A program made the translations under genes and the position numbers. A stretch of 64,000 bases of DNA from Intoshia linei (Eukaryota; Animalia; Orthonectida). Of the stretch, positions 37,701 through 51,100 are shown piece after piece; the stretch's first letter is position 1; every line of letters starts with the position of its first letter. The stretch lies in contig LWCA01000010.1 of the NCBI GenBank assembly GCA_001642005.1, positions 30,747 to 94,746 of the forward strand, written 5' to 3'. A model generated the notes under the pieces. The model was given only the letters and a program-made list of their open reading frames with translations, did no database searches and was not told the DNA's origin.

Positions 37701-40700
37701 TATTCTGTATTACAATAATTATAATTGGATAATTATCCAATTATCATGAAAGTTTGATTATATAAACAGTTGAAAATTAATAAGAAAAAATCAAAGATTT
37801 CCTACTTTTTTTTTTGAATATTCACTTTAATAGAAAGGTTTTAATGTTTAATATTATCATTTGAAACAGTTTTTATGTCAATATTATATGATAAACATTG
37901 TATAATATATTTTAAATTGAATATTTACCAGAACTTTGATTCTTTAAACAATTTTCTTTTTAGATATTTGAATTCCCACTCTTCAAAACTTATAAACTGT
38001 TTCTTAAGATATAAATGTAAAGTATTTTTTAATAAATTGGGACTCTTTTTAAGATATAAGTGTAAAGTACTTTTATTAATTTGGGGCCTTTTTTAATGAG
38101 GAGCCCTGGGCTACAGCCCATAATGGCCATGCCTTAAAACGGCTCTGCACCCCTGATCTAACACCAAACCATTCAATTAGCCAATACTGGATAATAAACG
38201 TATACATTCTCTATGGGTCGACACATAAATCAGCCATGAGGCTATAATATATTGCCATATTGCACGGCTGTTTCATATTGCCATGATAATTGAGGCTGGC
38301 TGATTTTGTAAATAAATTTTGCAAACTTATTTGTCTAACGTAAAGCTTTAACACATAGTAATAACAACAAAGAGTCTTTTTCCCGTTCTTCGTCATTATC
38401 ATAAACGGTAGGATATTAAATGGTCACCATGGAATAACTTAACATAATTAATATGTAAAAAATTTTAGATACAACGATGTATAATAATAATAAATAATCA
38501 ACATTTAGAGTCAATGTTTCCTAGTCGTGGGTCGAGGCCCCACCGGTGGGATTTGAGAAATTTAACGAATTTATTGGAATTCTTAAAACCTTAGATTAAT
38601 TTAATGTTAATTTGATACAATACTAGCTTGACTGTTATGTACTTCGTACAAACAGTAGCTAGCTCTGCCGAGGGTTGACTTTTTCATATGAAGAACCATT
38701 TTTCAATTGATTTTAGGATTTTAAGGTTGTGATTTGCGATAAGGCTCATGGTTTTAAAAACAATACACATTGCATTTTTTTTAAAATTCTAGTACTGATT
38801 TTATTATTTATTAAAAAAAAGTTAATTTGGGTTTTTGATACAGAAGAACTCCATTTCTGCAAATAAAATTTGCGATAAAACATGATTCTTGAAAAATTGT
38901 ATTAGAAATTGTGATTTTTTAATAATATGACACAATTAAAACAGTAACACACACCGATATTTATATATTAGAAATTTTTTATAAGTAAAAAATTCACGTG
39001 AGTCATACCTAATATCAAGAAAATCTGTAAGAATCGTCAGCCTCAGTGACATCATTGATTCAAAAACGAAATTGATCGTTACGACAATTTTTGAAATGGG
39101 GCAGGGATTTTTTTAGAATGGAAAGTAGGGCCCACCATAAAATTGGTTGAGAAACACTGTATAAATTGTATATTAATGTATTTGTAACTATGTAGTATAT
39201 AATTACGGCAATTTATCTCTCTCAATAAATAGTATTGTAATATTTCCAAATCCTAAAAATAAGCACCATATGAAGGATATTATACTTGTAAATATAACTG
39301 TCTAAATATGGTTGAATTAAAATATACATTTAATTTAGCCTGGAGGGTTATCCCACTATTTGGAGTAAAGTAACAGGATACAACTGTACGACCTGTATCT
39401 TTTTTAAATTCTAGGGCTGTTTTCATTTAAAAAAAAATAGCAATTTGGGGTTTTGGCTTGAAGATATATTTTTTTAAAATTTAAATTCATGATATTATTT
39501 ATGATTTTAAAATCTGTATTAGAATATATTTTTTTAAATTCTATAACTCGTTTGATTTTCAAAAAAAAATAGTTGGGGTTTTTAACGGGTAAGATGTTAG
39601 TTTCAGGGATTTAAATTTATTTTACTTTTACCCGAAAAAACTATAATAGAAATGTGTAATTTATAAAATTCTAAGACTCTTAGTTATTGAAATAAACGAT
39701 AACACACACAAAAAGAAACAAAGTTTTATATAAGTAAGGATTTGTTTAAAGTTGCAATGTTCGAATAAAATTTTGAGATTATGCAGAACTAACTGTACTT
39801 AATTTTTTCATTGAGATTATACTATTTAACATGTATCAATAAATTTATAATTCATTACGAGAAAATGAAAAGAGTCCTACAACTTTAAAAAACGTAAATT
39901 TTGCGATAATTTTTAAAATCATTAAAATTATCGTAAATCTTACCACAATTGACCTTTTTTATATAAAAATGAATAGTCCCAGAATTTTAGTTTTAACAAT
40001 ATTATCTAAAAAGTATACTATAGTAATTAATTCTCACTCAAAAAAAAATTGCCACCGCTGTTCTAACATATTCTATTTTAAGTTAAAACCAAAATAAATT
40101 TTTCCACTTATAATAACATCAACTTTACTAGAACTTATTATCCTAAATTATATAAAATATATAATTTATAATAAACTTTAACATAATTTAAACCTTATGA
40201 GTAGTGTACGGTGAAAACATCCCAAGAAGAAACACGCCAAGCGATGGACCAAGCGTTGCTCCGCTTAACATTGTTGATAACTAAATATATTTTTATTAGA
40301 ATAAAAAATTAACTTATCCATCCACCTTTATATCGACTTTAAAAACTTAATAAGCTTGTAAATAATCGCCTAAAATTTTTGCAAAAATTTTTTTTATAAA
40401 TGTTTAAAATTTCGTCGAGCCACGAAGAGGGGTCCCAGATTGATAAATTCGGTACTGGCTCAGCATACAATCTGAAAAAATTTAAATATTTCACACACCC
40501 TAAAATGATTCTCAGATAAATCATGAATCATGATTTAGAGTCTAAATTTTAGACGCATTAATGAATAGTATCCATTGGAATATATAATTCACAAAATACA
40601 GAAATATTGTGATTCCATTATATATACATTATTTACAATTATTTGTTAAAGAGTTAAATTGAAATTTACCTTCATCACGTTGTAAGAAACATAGTTAAGG

Positions 40701-43700
40701 GATAGTGAAAATGCATATATGATTATTCCGTAGATGACAACTAAATAAATTTTTTTAGATAAACATGATAAAAAATGAAACAAAATGATTCAATTTAAAT
40801 TAAATTGTATACTTGCACTTTTCAGAGTAAATTCTTTATGTTTTTGAAATAAATTGGTTGATTCCAACAAGTCTTTATAAGTTATACATGACATTGCATA
40901 AAGAACAGAATTAACTGTACTACAAATTTAAAATTTATTGTAAACTCAAGTATGCTTATTACATTAATACAACATAATATTAATATATACCTAACTGTCA
41001 GCATTAACAAAATTGAAGTTATTAATCCGCTAAATGCTGGAATATTCAATATGTGAATAATAAAATATGGTAAAATCTAAACAGAAAATTTATTTTAAAT
41101 ACAATTATACTCACCTCTTCATCTCTTACTACAAGTTTTTGTTTAATAGGATCAATTCGATGAACAATAAAATAAGCGTAAACTACCATTGATAAGAAAG
41201 TTAATAATATGGCATAAAAAAACATTAATGGTATATTTAACATCAAGGAACTAAATAATGATAATAAAAGTCACACTTAATTTAATTTGTAAAGTATTAC
41301 CTACGAGCCAATTTCAATGATTTGAATCCTTTAAATCTTTGAAAAGTCACTGGACCAGTACCAAAAATTCCGATAGCAAAGAAAAAATTCCCAAATATTA
41401 CTCCGTAAATAGAAACCCTTTGAGTTGGATTAAGCGAAAAGCTGTTTAAATAAGTACATTTATTTATATTTATAAATAATTAAAATTCATCTACTACATG
41501 CATATATGGCATATACATTATATGTATTATATGAGATAGAATATACTGATACTTATAATGCATATTGTAATGTTTATATTTATAGAATACTTGAAAGGAA
41601 TTAATTTATTATTAGCTTTGGATATATTCCAAATGTCCTCTACTGTTCCAACTTTTCGACAACCCTAATTATTATTAAGAAAAGTTAAATCGTATATACT
41701 TCCACCACAATAATTATTAATCCAATGATTATTATCAAAAATTGAACGAAATCAGTCCAAACTAATCCAGTTAACCCACCCTAAACAATTTAATAGAATC
41801 AATCTTAATTAATAAATAAATTGACGTACAATTATAGCGATTAAAACTGAAAGCAATAAAATAATCAACAGAGAAACGGATTGAGGTAGGTTTGTTACTA
41901 AAAATTTAATAATTAAATATTATTATTTATATTCCATATATATTAGAAAGTTCCAAAATTATAAAAATTAAGTCCAGGTTCGAAAAAAGTTGAGTAAATA
42001 ATCAAATGGAATGTTAGCATGGAGTGATAGTTATGATTTGAGTAGTTTTGAGTTAATCACGATTTTTGGGTATTAACAGTGCATCTTTAAATTCAATTCT
42101 ATCTTGTTTACTTTATATTTTATCAGTGTTTAAAATTCTCATAATTTTATCAAAATTAGTATTTTTCATTGATAAAAATTATCACTAAAAACAAAAAGTA
42201 TCTCACATCTTACGGGTCAAAAACCCCAAGTGTCCCTCTTATTGAAAATCAAACGAGTTATCGAATTTAAAAAAATATATACGCCGATACGGATTTTAAA
42301 ATCATAAACATTATTATAAATTTAAATTTAAAAAAAATATATATTCAGGGCCAAAACCACAAATTACCATTCTTTTTTTAATGAAAATAGCCCTAGAATT
42401 TCAATAAATTTACAGGTAATACAATTGTATCCTGTTAACACACATAAAAAATTTAAATCCGAATAAGTGACGACTTCACGGTCAAAAAATTTTAGTACAT
42501 TTTAGTATTCATATATTTTTTTTCCGAAATATTTTATTGTAACAAAAAATGTGACATAATTAACGGTTCAAAAATTAAAAAAAAAATAAATATTTCTGAT
42601 AGAACTTATTCCAGTTGATATAAATACAAAAGTTCAACCCGAGAATCTACACATTCCCGATGAAAAATAATTTTTAATATATTATCAACCAATATTTTTC
42701 AAATATTTCGAATTAACGTAAAATAAAATAAATAAATAAATTAAAGATAAATAAAAATTGAAAATGTAAATATTGATCCTACAATTTAAAAAAAAATGTG
42801 CATTGAACGTCTACACATTTCCAATAAAGAAATATAGATGTAAATCTATATAATTCATAATCCAAACAAAAATCCTTCGCAATTTTTAATTTCAAATTCT
42901 CATTTTCAAAACATTTTGAATAAAACTAAAATATAAATTTCAACAACGAAACTAAAACAACTTTGTTAATATCATTTTTATATTTAATACAATCCTTTGC
43001 AAATCTGGTAAAATTCAACTAAAATATGTTTATAAAGTAAAGATTCGGTTAATTATTCATACATAATTGGTAATTTTAAGTATTTATTAAATTGGTACTG
43101 AATATATATCATCACACTGACAATGACAAAATAGGTTTTTATAATTTTATTTTTTCTGGAATTTATATTATTTATGACAATTTTTAGGATTGGACTGTTT
43201 TTACTTTATTTTTAATATTAGACACACATTTTGTCTAATAAATTAAAAAAATGGGATAAAAATTGTTTTTAAGATTCTTTACGCAAATGTTAATTAATTA
43301 AGATTAAGATTAATTAGAAACAAAAAATTAAGATTCAATAATTCACTTTAAAATAAAAAGTAGTGATATGATGATTCCACCTGAAGCAAATTTGGGTACC
43401 ACTCTTTTAAAAAATTGATAATAGTAAATAGTTGGATTTTTAAGTTAGATTTTCAACTTGAATTTATTTTTTTGGTATAATAAAAATGCGCCCTCGGCAG
43501 AGCTAGTTGTTGTTTGTACGTACATGACAGTCAACCTAGTTATTTATATTATTTACATGAAGCGAAACTCAATTTATTTACATCCTCCTAATAGGTGTCG
43601 CGCACTGTTAAAGACCAAATTACAAATTACAAAATTTTATGTTAAATAATAATAATTAAATATTTTAAACTAATTATTTTCTGTGTCGTTATGGATTATT

Positions 43701-46317
43701 TTTAAAACATAATAATAAAGATCAAAATATTAACGTTTACATTATAGTATAACAAAATTTTCCATTACAACACCAAAAAACTATTGTTATGAATAGCTTC
43801 TACTGTATTGTTAAATTTTTATTGCCTGGTGATTTACATGTTGTAAATCAATTATCAAAATGTTCAACATTTCTGTAACATTAATTCAGTGTTTCATAAC
43901 AATTATAATTTACTTTAATGTTCAAATGATTCGATTCATTTTGAAAATTTGTATTTGACATTGAATGATCTCGATTCATATTATAATGGTTTCCAAAGGT
44001 GATGCTATAAAAATTTTTATAATGCGGCCCACACGTATTTGAGTTGGACATGGCTCATATACATTGTATATATGGTTAGTCAACATTATTGACCGGTGTT
44101 TTCATTCAAAACAATAAAATTAGCCGGAGGGAACAGATGAACGTTTTATTGCAAACATGATGCGGCATTTACATTTTCCAACTCTAAAAAAATGACACAC
44201 TTTTAGCATTTTAGTACATTTTTAATAGTATTTTTCAATAATATTAAATTATGTTGCATTGGTTACCATAATTATTGGCTAATATTGAATATTGTATAAA
44301 TTTTAAAAAGTTTGGCGACACACCAGGGGATCATTGGCGACATACAGGTTAGAAAGAACTGTTACAGACAGAAATATATCTACTTTTATACAATTAAGAA
44401 TTTATTACTCATTGAGAAGATCAACGTTACTGTAAAGCAAGCCACCATTAAGTAAAATAGCTAAATTATTATATTATTTATTATTATGCTGACCAGTTCA
44501 TACTGAACAATTTATATGTGAACAATCATTGGTTTACTAATCACGATTAAAATATATAATCACATTAAAGTACAAATAGAGAACATTAACCATCATTAGG
44601 TATATCCAGTATTGAGTATGATTGAGTAGTGAGGAGGACAAAATAAGGACATTAATATTGAAGTGTTTTAATTTTTTATTTGTTTCTAGAGTCTAGACCT
44701 ATAAAATTACAGAAAAATATGTAAAATTGCTAAAAAGCACAGGGACCGATTTTTTTAGGGACTTTCAACGGAGATCTTACTTCATCATATTTATTTATCT
44801 TTATTAAAGTCAACCTCAATTTAACGAACACTTTATTTAATAAACAATATGATAAACCTATCTTTTAACGAATAAACAAAATATTAATAATTTATGGGTA
44901 TACTAGAGTAGCGTAATCGGGTGTATAACTCATAAAAATGAAGTTATAAATATATTTGGTAACGAGATAATGATATTAAGTACTAGCAGTAACTTTAATA
45001 GTGTACTACTAGAAAGTTATATATAAACATTATATTTCATGTAGAAAATGAATTAACATAATATATTCATTCTTAAGTGAAGTGAGTTTAACGATAGTTA
45101 CTCTTAAGTTGCTTTATCGTTACTACTGGTACTATAAAAAAATTAATATAATTAAATTAAATAAAAATTTGTTTGTTCGTTAATTTTGTTTTAACGTACA
45201 AGAAATTATCAGTTGCTGTTCGTTAAATTGAGGTTTGACTGTATATCATTTTTTTCAAAAATGACGAAAATAAATCCAAAAATACATATTTTATAAAAAT
45301 TACTGATCCAATAATGTAAATTGAGGCACATATCTTTTGAAGTGTCGTTGATTTGTATCGTAAATATAAATACTAAATTTTTCATAATGATAAAGATGTT
45401 TAGATTTAACAACAAAATGTAAAACAAAAATTACTTGAAACAATGTTGATATATCAAGGTTATAAAAAACAGGAATAATAAATATGGTAGTAAATATTAA
45501 TCCTAAACTTGTTCCTAAATGTTATATAAATTACATACACTATATGGTGATCTCAACGCGGGCCTTCGCAAATAGATCCAAGTTGAAATATATTTTTAAA
45601 TATTGACATATAATGATACTGCACGGGTTAATAAAGTGCCGTGTAGACCCAAAGTAGTTTCACTCTATTAATTACTTTTGGGTCTATGGGCATTGTGTTT
45701 ACTATCGCTGTGCCATGCTTTCGATGAAAATAATTGAATAAAAAATTTTTAATTTATATTTTGATTTGATGATATTTATTATTATTTTTTAATTCCCAAA
45801 AGAATTTGACAGCTTTCCACAGATCTGAGGCTACTTTACTGAGACCCTCCTCCGGCGCATTCGACGAAATTTAACAATATCATCAGTGATGATCACTGAT
45901 TAAGTTTCAAATTTAAACTGTATATTTCATGTGTTTTTGAGAAGTGACTAGGGGTATATGGCATTATGCATCTTTGGTAAAAATTTTTAGGTTCCCATCT
46001 ATCCTCTACATATTTATTCAATGATTCAACCACGAGTAAATTAGTATTACCTGGCAAAGAAATAAATATCTAGACAGCTCTTGAGCTTTTGAAAAATGTC
46101 AATGTACGACATGCTAACGATGTTTAATAATATTATTATGATTAACTATTATTAATATATTAAGAATCGCTATTTCAATAGCTCTTTCCTGTGTACAACC
46201 AGTATGTTGTTTATTTAATAAATATTTTGATAACAATTTAAAAATACCGATAAATCGCATTGTTAAAGGGAGTCCATATTTATAAAATTCTCCAACACCT
46301 CCTAGCAACGATATTGC
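34753..46317 (-). CDS. SLC5 sodium:solute symporter (SMVT/SMCT/NIS-like), multi-exon; start codon not resolved
   Basis: AISLLGGVGEFYKYG, LFYLMVACFTVTLIFSMITNLP, GGLTGLVWTDFVQ, LNPTQRVSIYGVIFG...FQRF, DPIKQKLVVRDEEILPYFI, GPSLGVFLLG, FRISFLYTTMNG in collinear exons; stop at 34755-34753. Confidence 0.8.
35089..35406 (-). mobile_element. Tc1/mariner-like MITE with 27-bp TIR
   Basis: CAGGGTGATTGGTAAGTAACGCCCGAT / ATCGGGCGTTACTTACCAATCACTCTG; right flank TA, left GA. Confidence 0.8.
36690..37115. mobile_element. TAGGGTT-ended hAT-like MITE (nested)
   Basis: 23-bp TIR TAGGGTTCAACGTTTTAGTGTGA / TCACACTAAAACATTGAACCCTA; flanks ATTGTGAC/ATAATGAC. Confidence 0.8.
37355..38147 (-). mobile_element. hAT Tip100-like non-autonomous element (same family as 24124-25016, opposite orientation)
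   Basis: CAAAGCCGTCTTAAG / CTTAAAACGGCTCTG; TSD CATCCCTG/CACCCCTG. Confidence 0.8.
38623..39740 (-). mobile_element. Minus-strand Helitron copies (~38623-38990 inside a Charlie-like MITE ~38512-39159; second piece ~39370-39740)
   Basis: A|CTAGCTTGACTGTTATGTAC (3' end, reverse complement) and ATATAAGTAAGGA|T (5' end, reverse complement). Confidence 0.6.
42201..43539 (+). mobile_element. 5'-truncated Helitron copy in SLC5 intron
   Basis: Family body ending CCCTCGGCAGAGCTAG...TGTACGTACATGACAGTCAACCTAG|T. Confidence 0.7.
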
Positions 46318-47003
46318 CTAAGAAAAGCATTAAAATGTAATAAACATGATAATAATTTCCTTATCTTTTGCAATATAATTTTTCTATTACTTAACTTCCA
46401 TCGAAAAGCATAGAATCACCTAGTCACCCTATTATTGATGTATTATAATTGGTCTGGAATTTGAGTTATTTGAAAAGTATGTATTGGAGCTTGAGTAATT
46501 TGGAAAATCGGCCGAGCTAGATAAACAGTAAAAAGTTAGAGCTGTTTTCATTTTTAAAAAAAAAGGGTAATCTAAAGATTTTGATAGTGAAAATGCACTT
46601 TTTTGCGGTTACCATTTATGATAGTGTTTATGATTTTTAACTATATCCCAGAATGTATGTTTTATAAAAATCTAAGATTTTTTTAATTTTTACAAAAAAA
46701 GATTTATTTTGGATTTGGCTGTGAGGATATAAGATTTTGAAATTGAAAATAATCACAATATTGATGAATTTAAAATCTTTATCAGATTGTGTATTTTTTA
46801 TAATTCTAGGACGGGTTTGAATTTAAAAAAAAAAATAATTGGGGTATTGAACCTTGAAGTACTAAATTTCTGAATATGACATTTGCGATACATTGCAAAA
46901 AATACTTTGGTAAAACTGTACTAGAAATATGCAATTTTTAAAACTCGACTCCTCATACTTTCTTAAATAAACTGGAACCGACAGACATACATTTTTAGCT
47001 AAA

Positions 47004-47985
47004 TCCTTACGTATATAATATGCTACGCGATTTTTGTTTGTGTGTGTCTGTGTGTGTGTTCCATTTTATTAAAATAACTACCAGTCTTAGAATTTTATAA
47101 AGTCCACATTTCAATTACAGTTTTTTCAGGACATATAATAAGATAAATTTCAACCTCCCAAACTCACATTTTACGGGTCAAAAACCCTAATTATCCTTTT
47201 TTTTAAAAATCAAACAAGTTGGAGAATTTAAAAAAAAATATACGCTGATACAGATTTTAAAATCATAAACATCATCATAAATTTAAATTTAAAAAAATTA
47301 TATCTTCAGGGCCAAAACCACAAATTACCCTTTCTTTTTTTAATGTAAAATAACCCTAGAATTTAAACAAATTTACAGGTGGTACAGTTGTATCCTGTTA
47401 ACACACAAAAAAAATTTTAATCCGAATAACTAATGACTTCACGGTGAAAAAAACATTTTAGTATTCATATTTTTTTCCAAAATATTTTATTAGAACAAAA
47501 AATGTGTAATAATTAACGGTAATAATTAAAAAAAAAATTATTTATATAGAGCTTATTCCAGTTGATATAAATACAAAAGTTCAACCCAAGAAATTTACGC
47601 ATTCCCGATGAAAAATAATTTTTTTTTAATATATTATCAACCATATTTTTTGAATATTTCGATTAAAATAAAAATTGAAAATGTAAATATTGATCCTACA
47701 ATTTCAAAAAAAGTTTGCATTGTACGTCTACACATTTCCAATAAAGATATATGGGTGAAAATCTATATAATTCATTCCTTGGCAATTTTTAAATTTCTAA
47801 TTTTTATTTTCAAAACATTTTTATTAAAACATTCAAATTTAAAAAAGAAATTAAACAACGAAACTAAAAAAACTTGTTTAATATCATTTTTATATTACAA
47901 TCCTTTGCAATAATGGTAAAATTTGACTGAAATGTTTATAAAGTGAAGATTCAGTTAATTATTAATTTTCAATATTTATTAAATT
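47004..47985 (+). mobile_element. Helitron copy truncated at assembly N (47986)
   Basis: A|TCCTTACGTATATAATATGCTACGC start and family body. Confidence 0.7.
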
Positions 47986-47986
47986 N

Positions 47987-48179
47987 TGATATCATTATTT
48001 ACTTTATCAAAGTGTTTGATTCTTAGATGATCAATCATTCTTGATGGTTTCATTCCCTCATTCGAGAATGTCTTTTCACATATTAAACACATTGGTAGCT
48101 GTTCATTGATTTCAGAGGTAATTACACCATATTTTAAGTAATCAATTGAATATCTACGACTTTTTTTTTTATTGCTCAT
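47987..48179 (-). pseudogene. hAT Buster/Charlie transposase N-terminal BED zinc-finger fragment, cut by assembly gap
   Basis: RRYSIDYLKYG...PMCLICEKTFSNEGMKPSRMIDHLRIKH matches the Buster/ZBED5 N-terminal signature. Confidence 0.85.
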
Positions 48180-51100
48180 ATTGAATAAATATAAAAATAA
48201 TCTAAAATAAAATATACAGTTAGTTGCATTTGAATTACCTGATTTAAACCAGATTTTCCTAGAATTTATATTACATTTTAATTAAAATTACTTTAAATTT
48301 AAAAGTAATTGTAAAATTGAAGTCTAGTAAACATGTTTCAATCTTAAATAAGCTGAAAATTAAATTTTTTTAATCATTTTTAATTAATTAATTAATCAAT
48401 TTTTTGGTTACTAAACTACACTGGAACTTTTGATTAAGACTTAATTTAAGTAGTGTCCAGAAAAATACGCACTAATTGTACGATTCTATATTTTAATGTA
48501 TTATTTTAATGCAGTGTTTCTTAACCTTTTTTATAATTGCCACCAAAATTCAAATATTCATAATTTACCTAAATTTTAAAAAAATATATTTTCAGTACCA
48601 AAACCTCAAATTACTTCTTTTTTTAATGAAAACAGTCCTATAATTTAAAAAAATTTACAGGTGGTACAGTTGTATCCTGTTAACACATAAAAAAAATTTC
48701 AATCTGAATAAGTGACGCTTTTACTGTCAAAAAAGCATTTTAGTATTTATATATTTTTTTCCGAAATATTTTATTAACAAACAAATGTAAAACAAAAAAT
48801 GTGAAATAATTTACTGTCCGAAAATTAAAAAAAAGATTATTCTAATAAAGCTTATTCCAGTTGATATATAATATATAAATACAAAATTTCAACCGAGAAA
48901 TCTAAGCATTCCCGATGAAAAATAATTTTTAATATATTATCATTGATAATTTATCAACCAATATTTTTCGAATATTTCGATTAAAATAAAAATTTAAAAT
49001 GTAAATATTGATCCTACAATTTCAAAATAAAATGCATTGAACGTCTACACATTTCCAATAAAGAAACATGGGTGAAAATCTATATAATTCATTCCTTCGC
49101 AATTTTTAAATTATAAAATTCTTATTTTCAAAACATTTTGTTTATTATATAAAATGAATTTACAATAAAACAGGTCTAAATTAAATGTATTAATGTTATT
49201 AATCACGTAAATAAAATGTTAAAATAAATATTATTAACAAGTTACTTTCTAATTAATTCAGAGAATCATTTTTAAATTAAAAAATATTATAAAATTTGCG
49301 ATACACCTTCAAATTAGTTCTATAAATTTTCGTTGATTATTTTAACAGTATAATTGTAATAATTGTGTATGTGAATAATGTACTATTATGGACTATAAAA
49401 AATAACGAAATATCATGAATTTCCCCTTTATCTAGTGCGACCAGAAGTACGACTTTGGAACAGTGCCAAAAGTCGTACTTGCGACGTACTTTTCAAAACT
49501 AAATAAACTTAAATTGAAATTTAACTTAAATGTTTATTTTTCTAATGAAAAATTAATTAAAAACATATTTTGTTTCTAAGCAATAAAAGTACTACTTTCA
49601 GTACGGGAAAAATATGGTCAGCCTACTTTATCAGGCATATACGGAAAAATAGTAAATAACCCAAAATCCAGAACGTATCCCAAATAAAAATTTTTTAAAT
49701 AAAATATATCGTATATAATATGATTAATAATTATTATTATAAATTAATTTATAGGTATTTTGTTTTATAATTTACTGTCTTCTAATAAATTAATTAAAAT
49801 ACTCAACTAAATTTTCAACTCATCACTTAAATGATTTCATCGTATTTTAAATAATTTTTTGTTTTTTTATTTATGCGGTTATGTGAATATTACCTTTGGA
49901 ATAAGATGTACTATTATACTAATATTACCTCACAAAATAAATTTTATGTGCCACCCAATGACACCTTGATACAAGATTCAAATGTCGAAAAACGATGAGT
50001 TAAATTGATAAAATCATAATTGAAAATTAAAATTATGTTATTATAATATATATACTAACCATTATCTATTTTAAGAAAATAATAGAGTAAACTTAATTAT
50101 TCTCAGTAAAATGCTGTTCGGTGCATTTGATACTGAATTGTGTATATCAATATGTATTTTAATGAATTTATAAATAATATTACAAAGTTGAATAAGTATT
50201 GCTGTAAATTAATTATTAGAATTTATTAAATATAACAATATTTTGATAAAAATGATTTCAAATTACCAACTTTTAATACATATTGTTAATATTGTAAAAT
50301 AAAAATAATTATTTCAAATTACAATTATTTACAAATATCTGCACGAAACCAAGTTAATTATCTAATAGATGTGACACCTAATCTGTACCAAACATTCTAT
50401 TTTATGAAGTACTGATTACCCACTAATTTATAATATTAATTTTTAGTTCAATGTATTTAGTATTCAATAAATAAATAATAATATTATAGATTTTACTCCA
50501 CGCTAAATGATTTATTTCAGATATCACATTTATTAATATAAGCATATTAATTTAATACTTGCTAAAATTATTAAAATTTGGGTAATTATGATTATAAAGT
50601 GATATTTAACTAAATTTACAATTGGCTAAAATAATGAATATACTTTATCGTTTGTACACAAAATATTATACGATATATATTGTTTGTATATTGTAAAACA
50701 TCTTAAAAAAGAAGACAATACAAGTGTTAACAATATACAAGATCAAAATATCATAAAAAATTAAATGTAAATTTTACCAACTATGGTTTTATTATAAAAA
50801 ATATAAATTTATATTAATCTTAGTTTCGATAATCATATTAATTACCAACTGTTAATATATTTAGGTTAATGGATAAAACATATTACGAAATCAATGAATT
50901 TTCTATATCTTACATAATATTCATTGATATTGAAAATGTTTATTTACATTTATTAATATTATTAGTGTATTAATAATTACAAATCACTATATTAAATGTT
51001 TATTATCATGTGTTATACGTTTTATATAACATTAATATTAGTTAATATTAATTTATCAATAAAACTAAGTAACAAAATAATATATAGTAATATTACAAAC

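Larger units (their letters stand above)
35924..38155 (+). mobile_element. hAT-Charlie MITE (TSD ATCTAACA) expanded by nested insertions
   Basis: CAAGGGTGCACAACC ... CACCCCTG with ATCTAACA on both flanks; homologous compact copy at 62613-63181. Confidence 0.8.

Noticed and set aside
47608-47913. 101-aa ORF and similar F/I/K/N-rich ORFs (2631, 12073, 30523, 43458)
   Set aside because: Chance frames within Helitron repeat copies; not conserved between copies.
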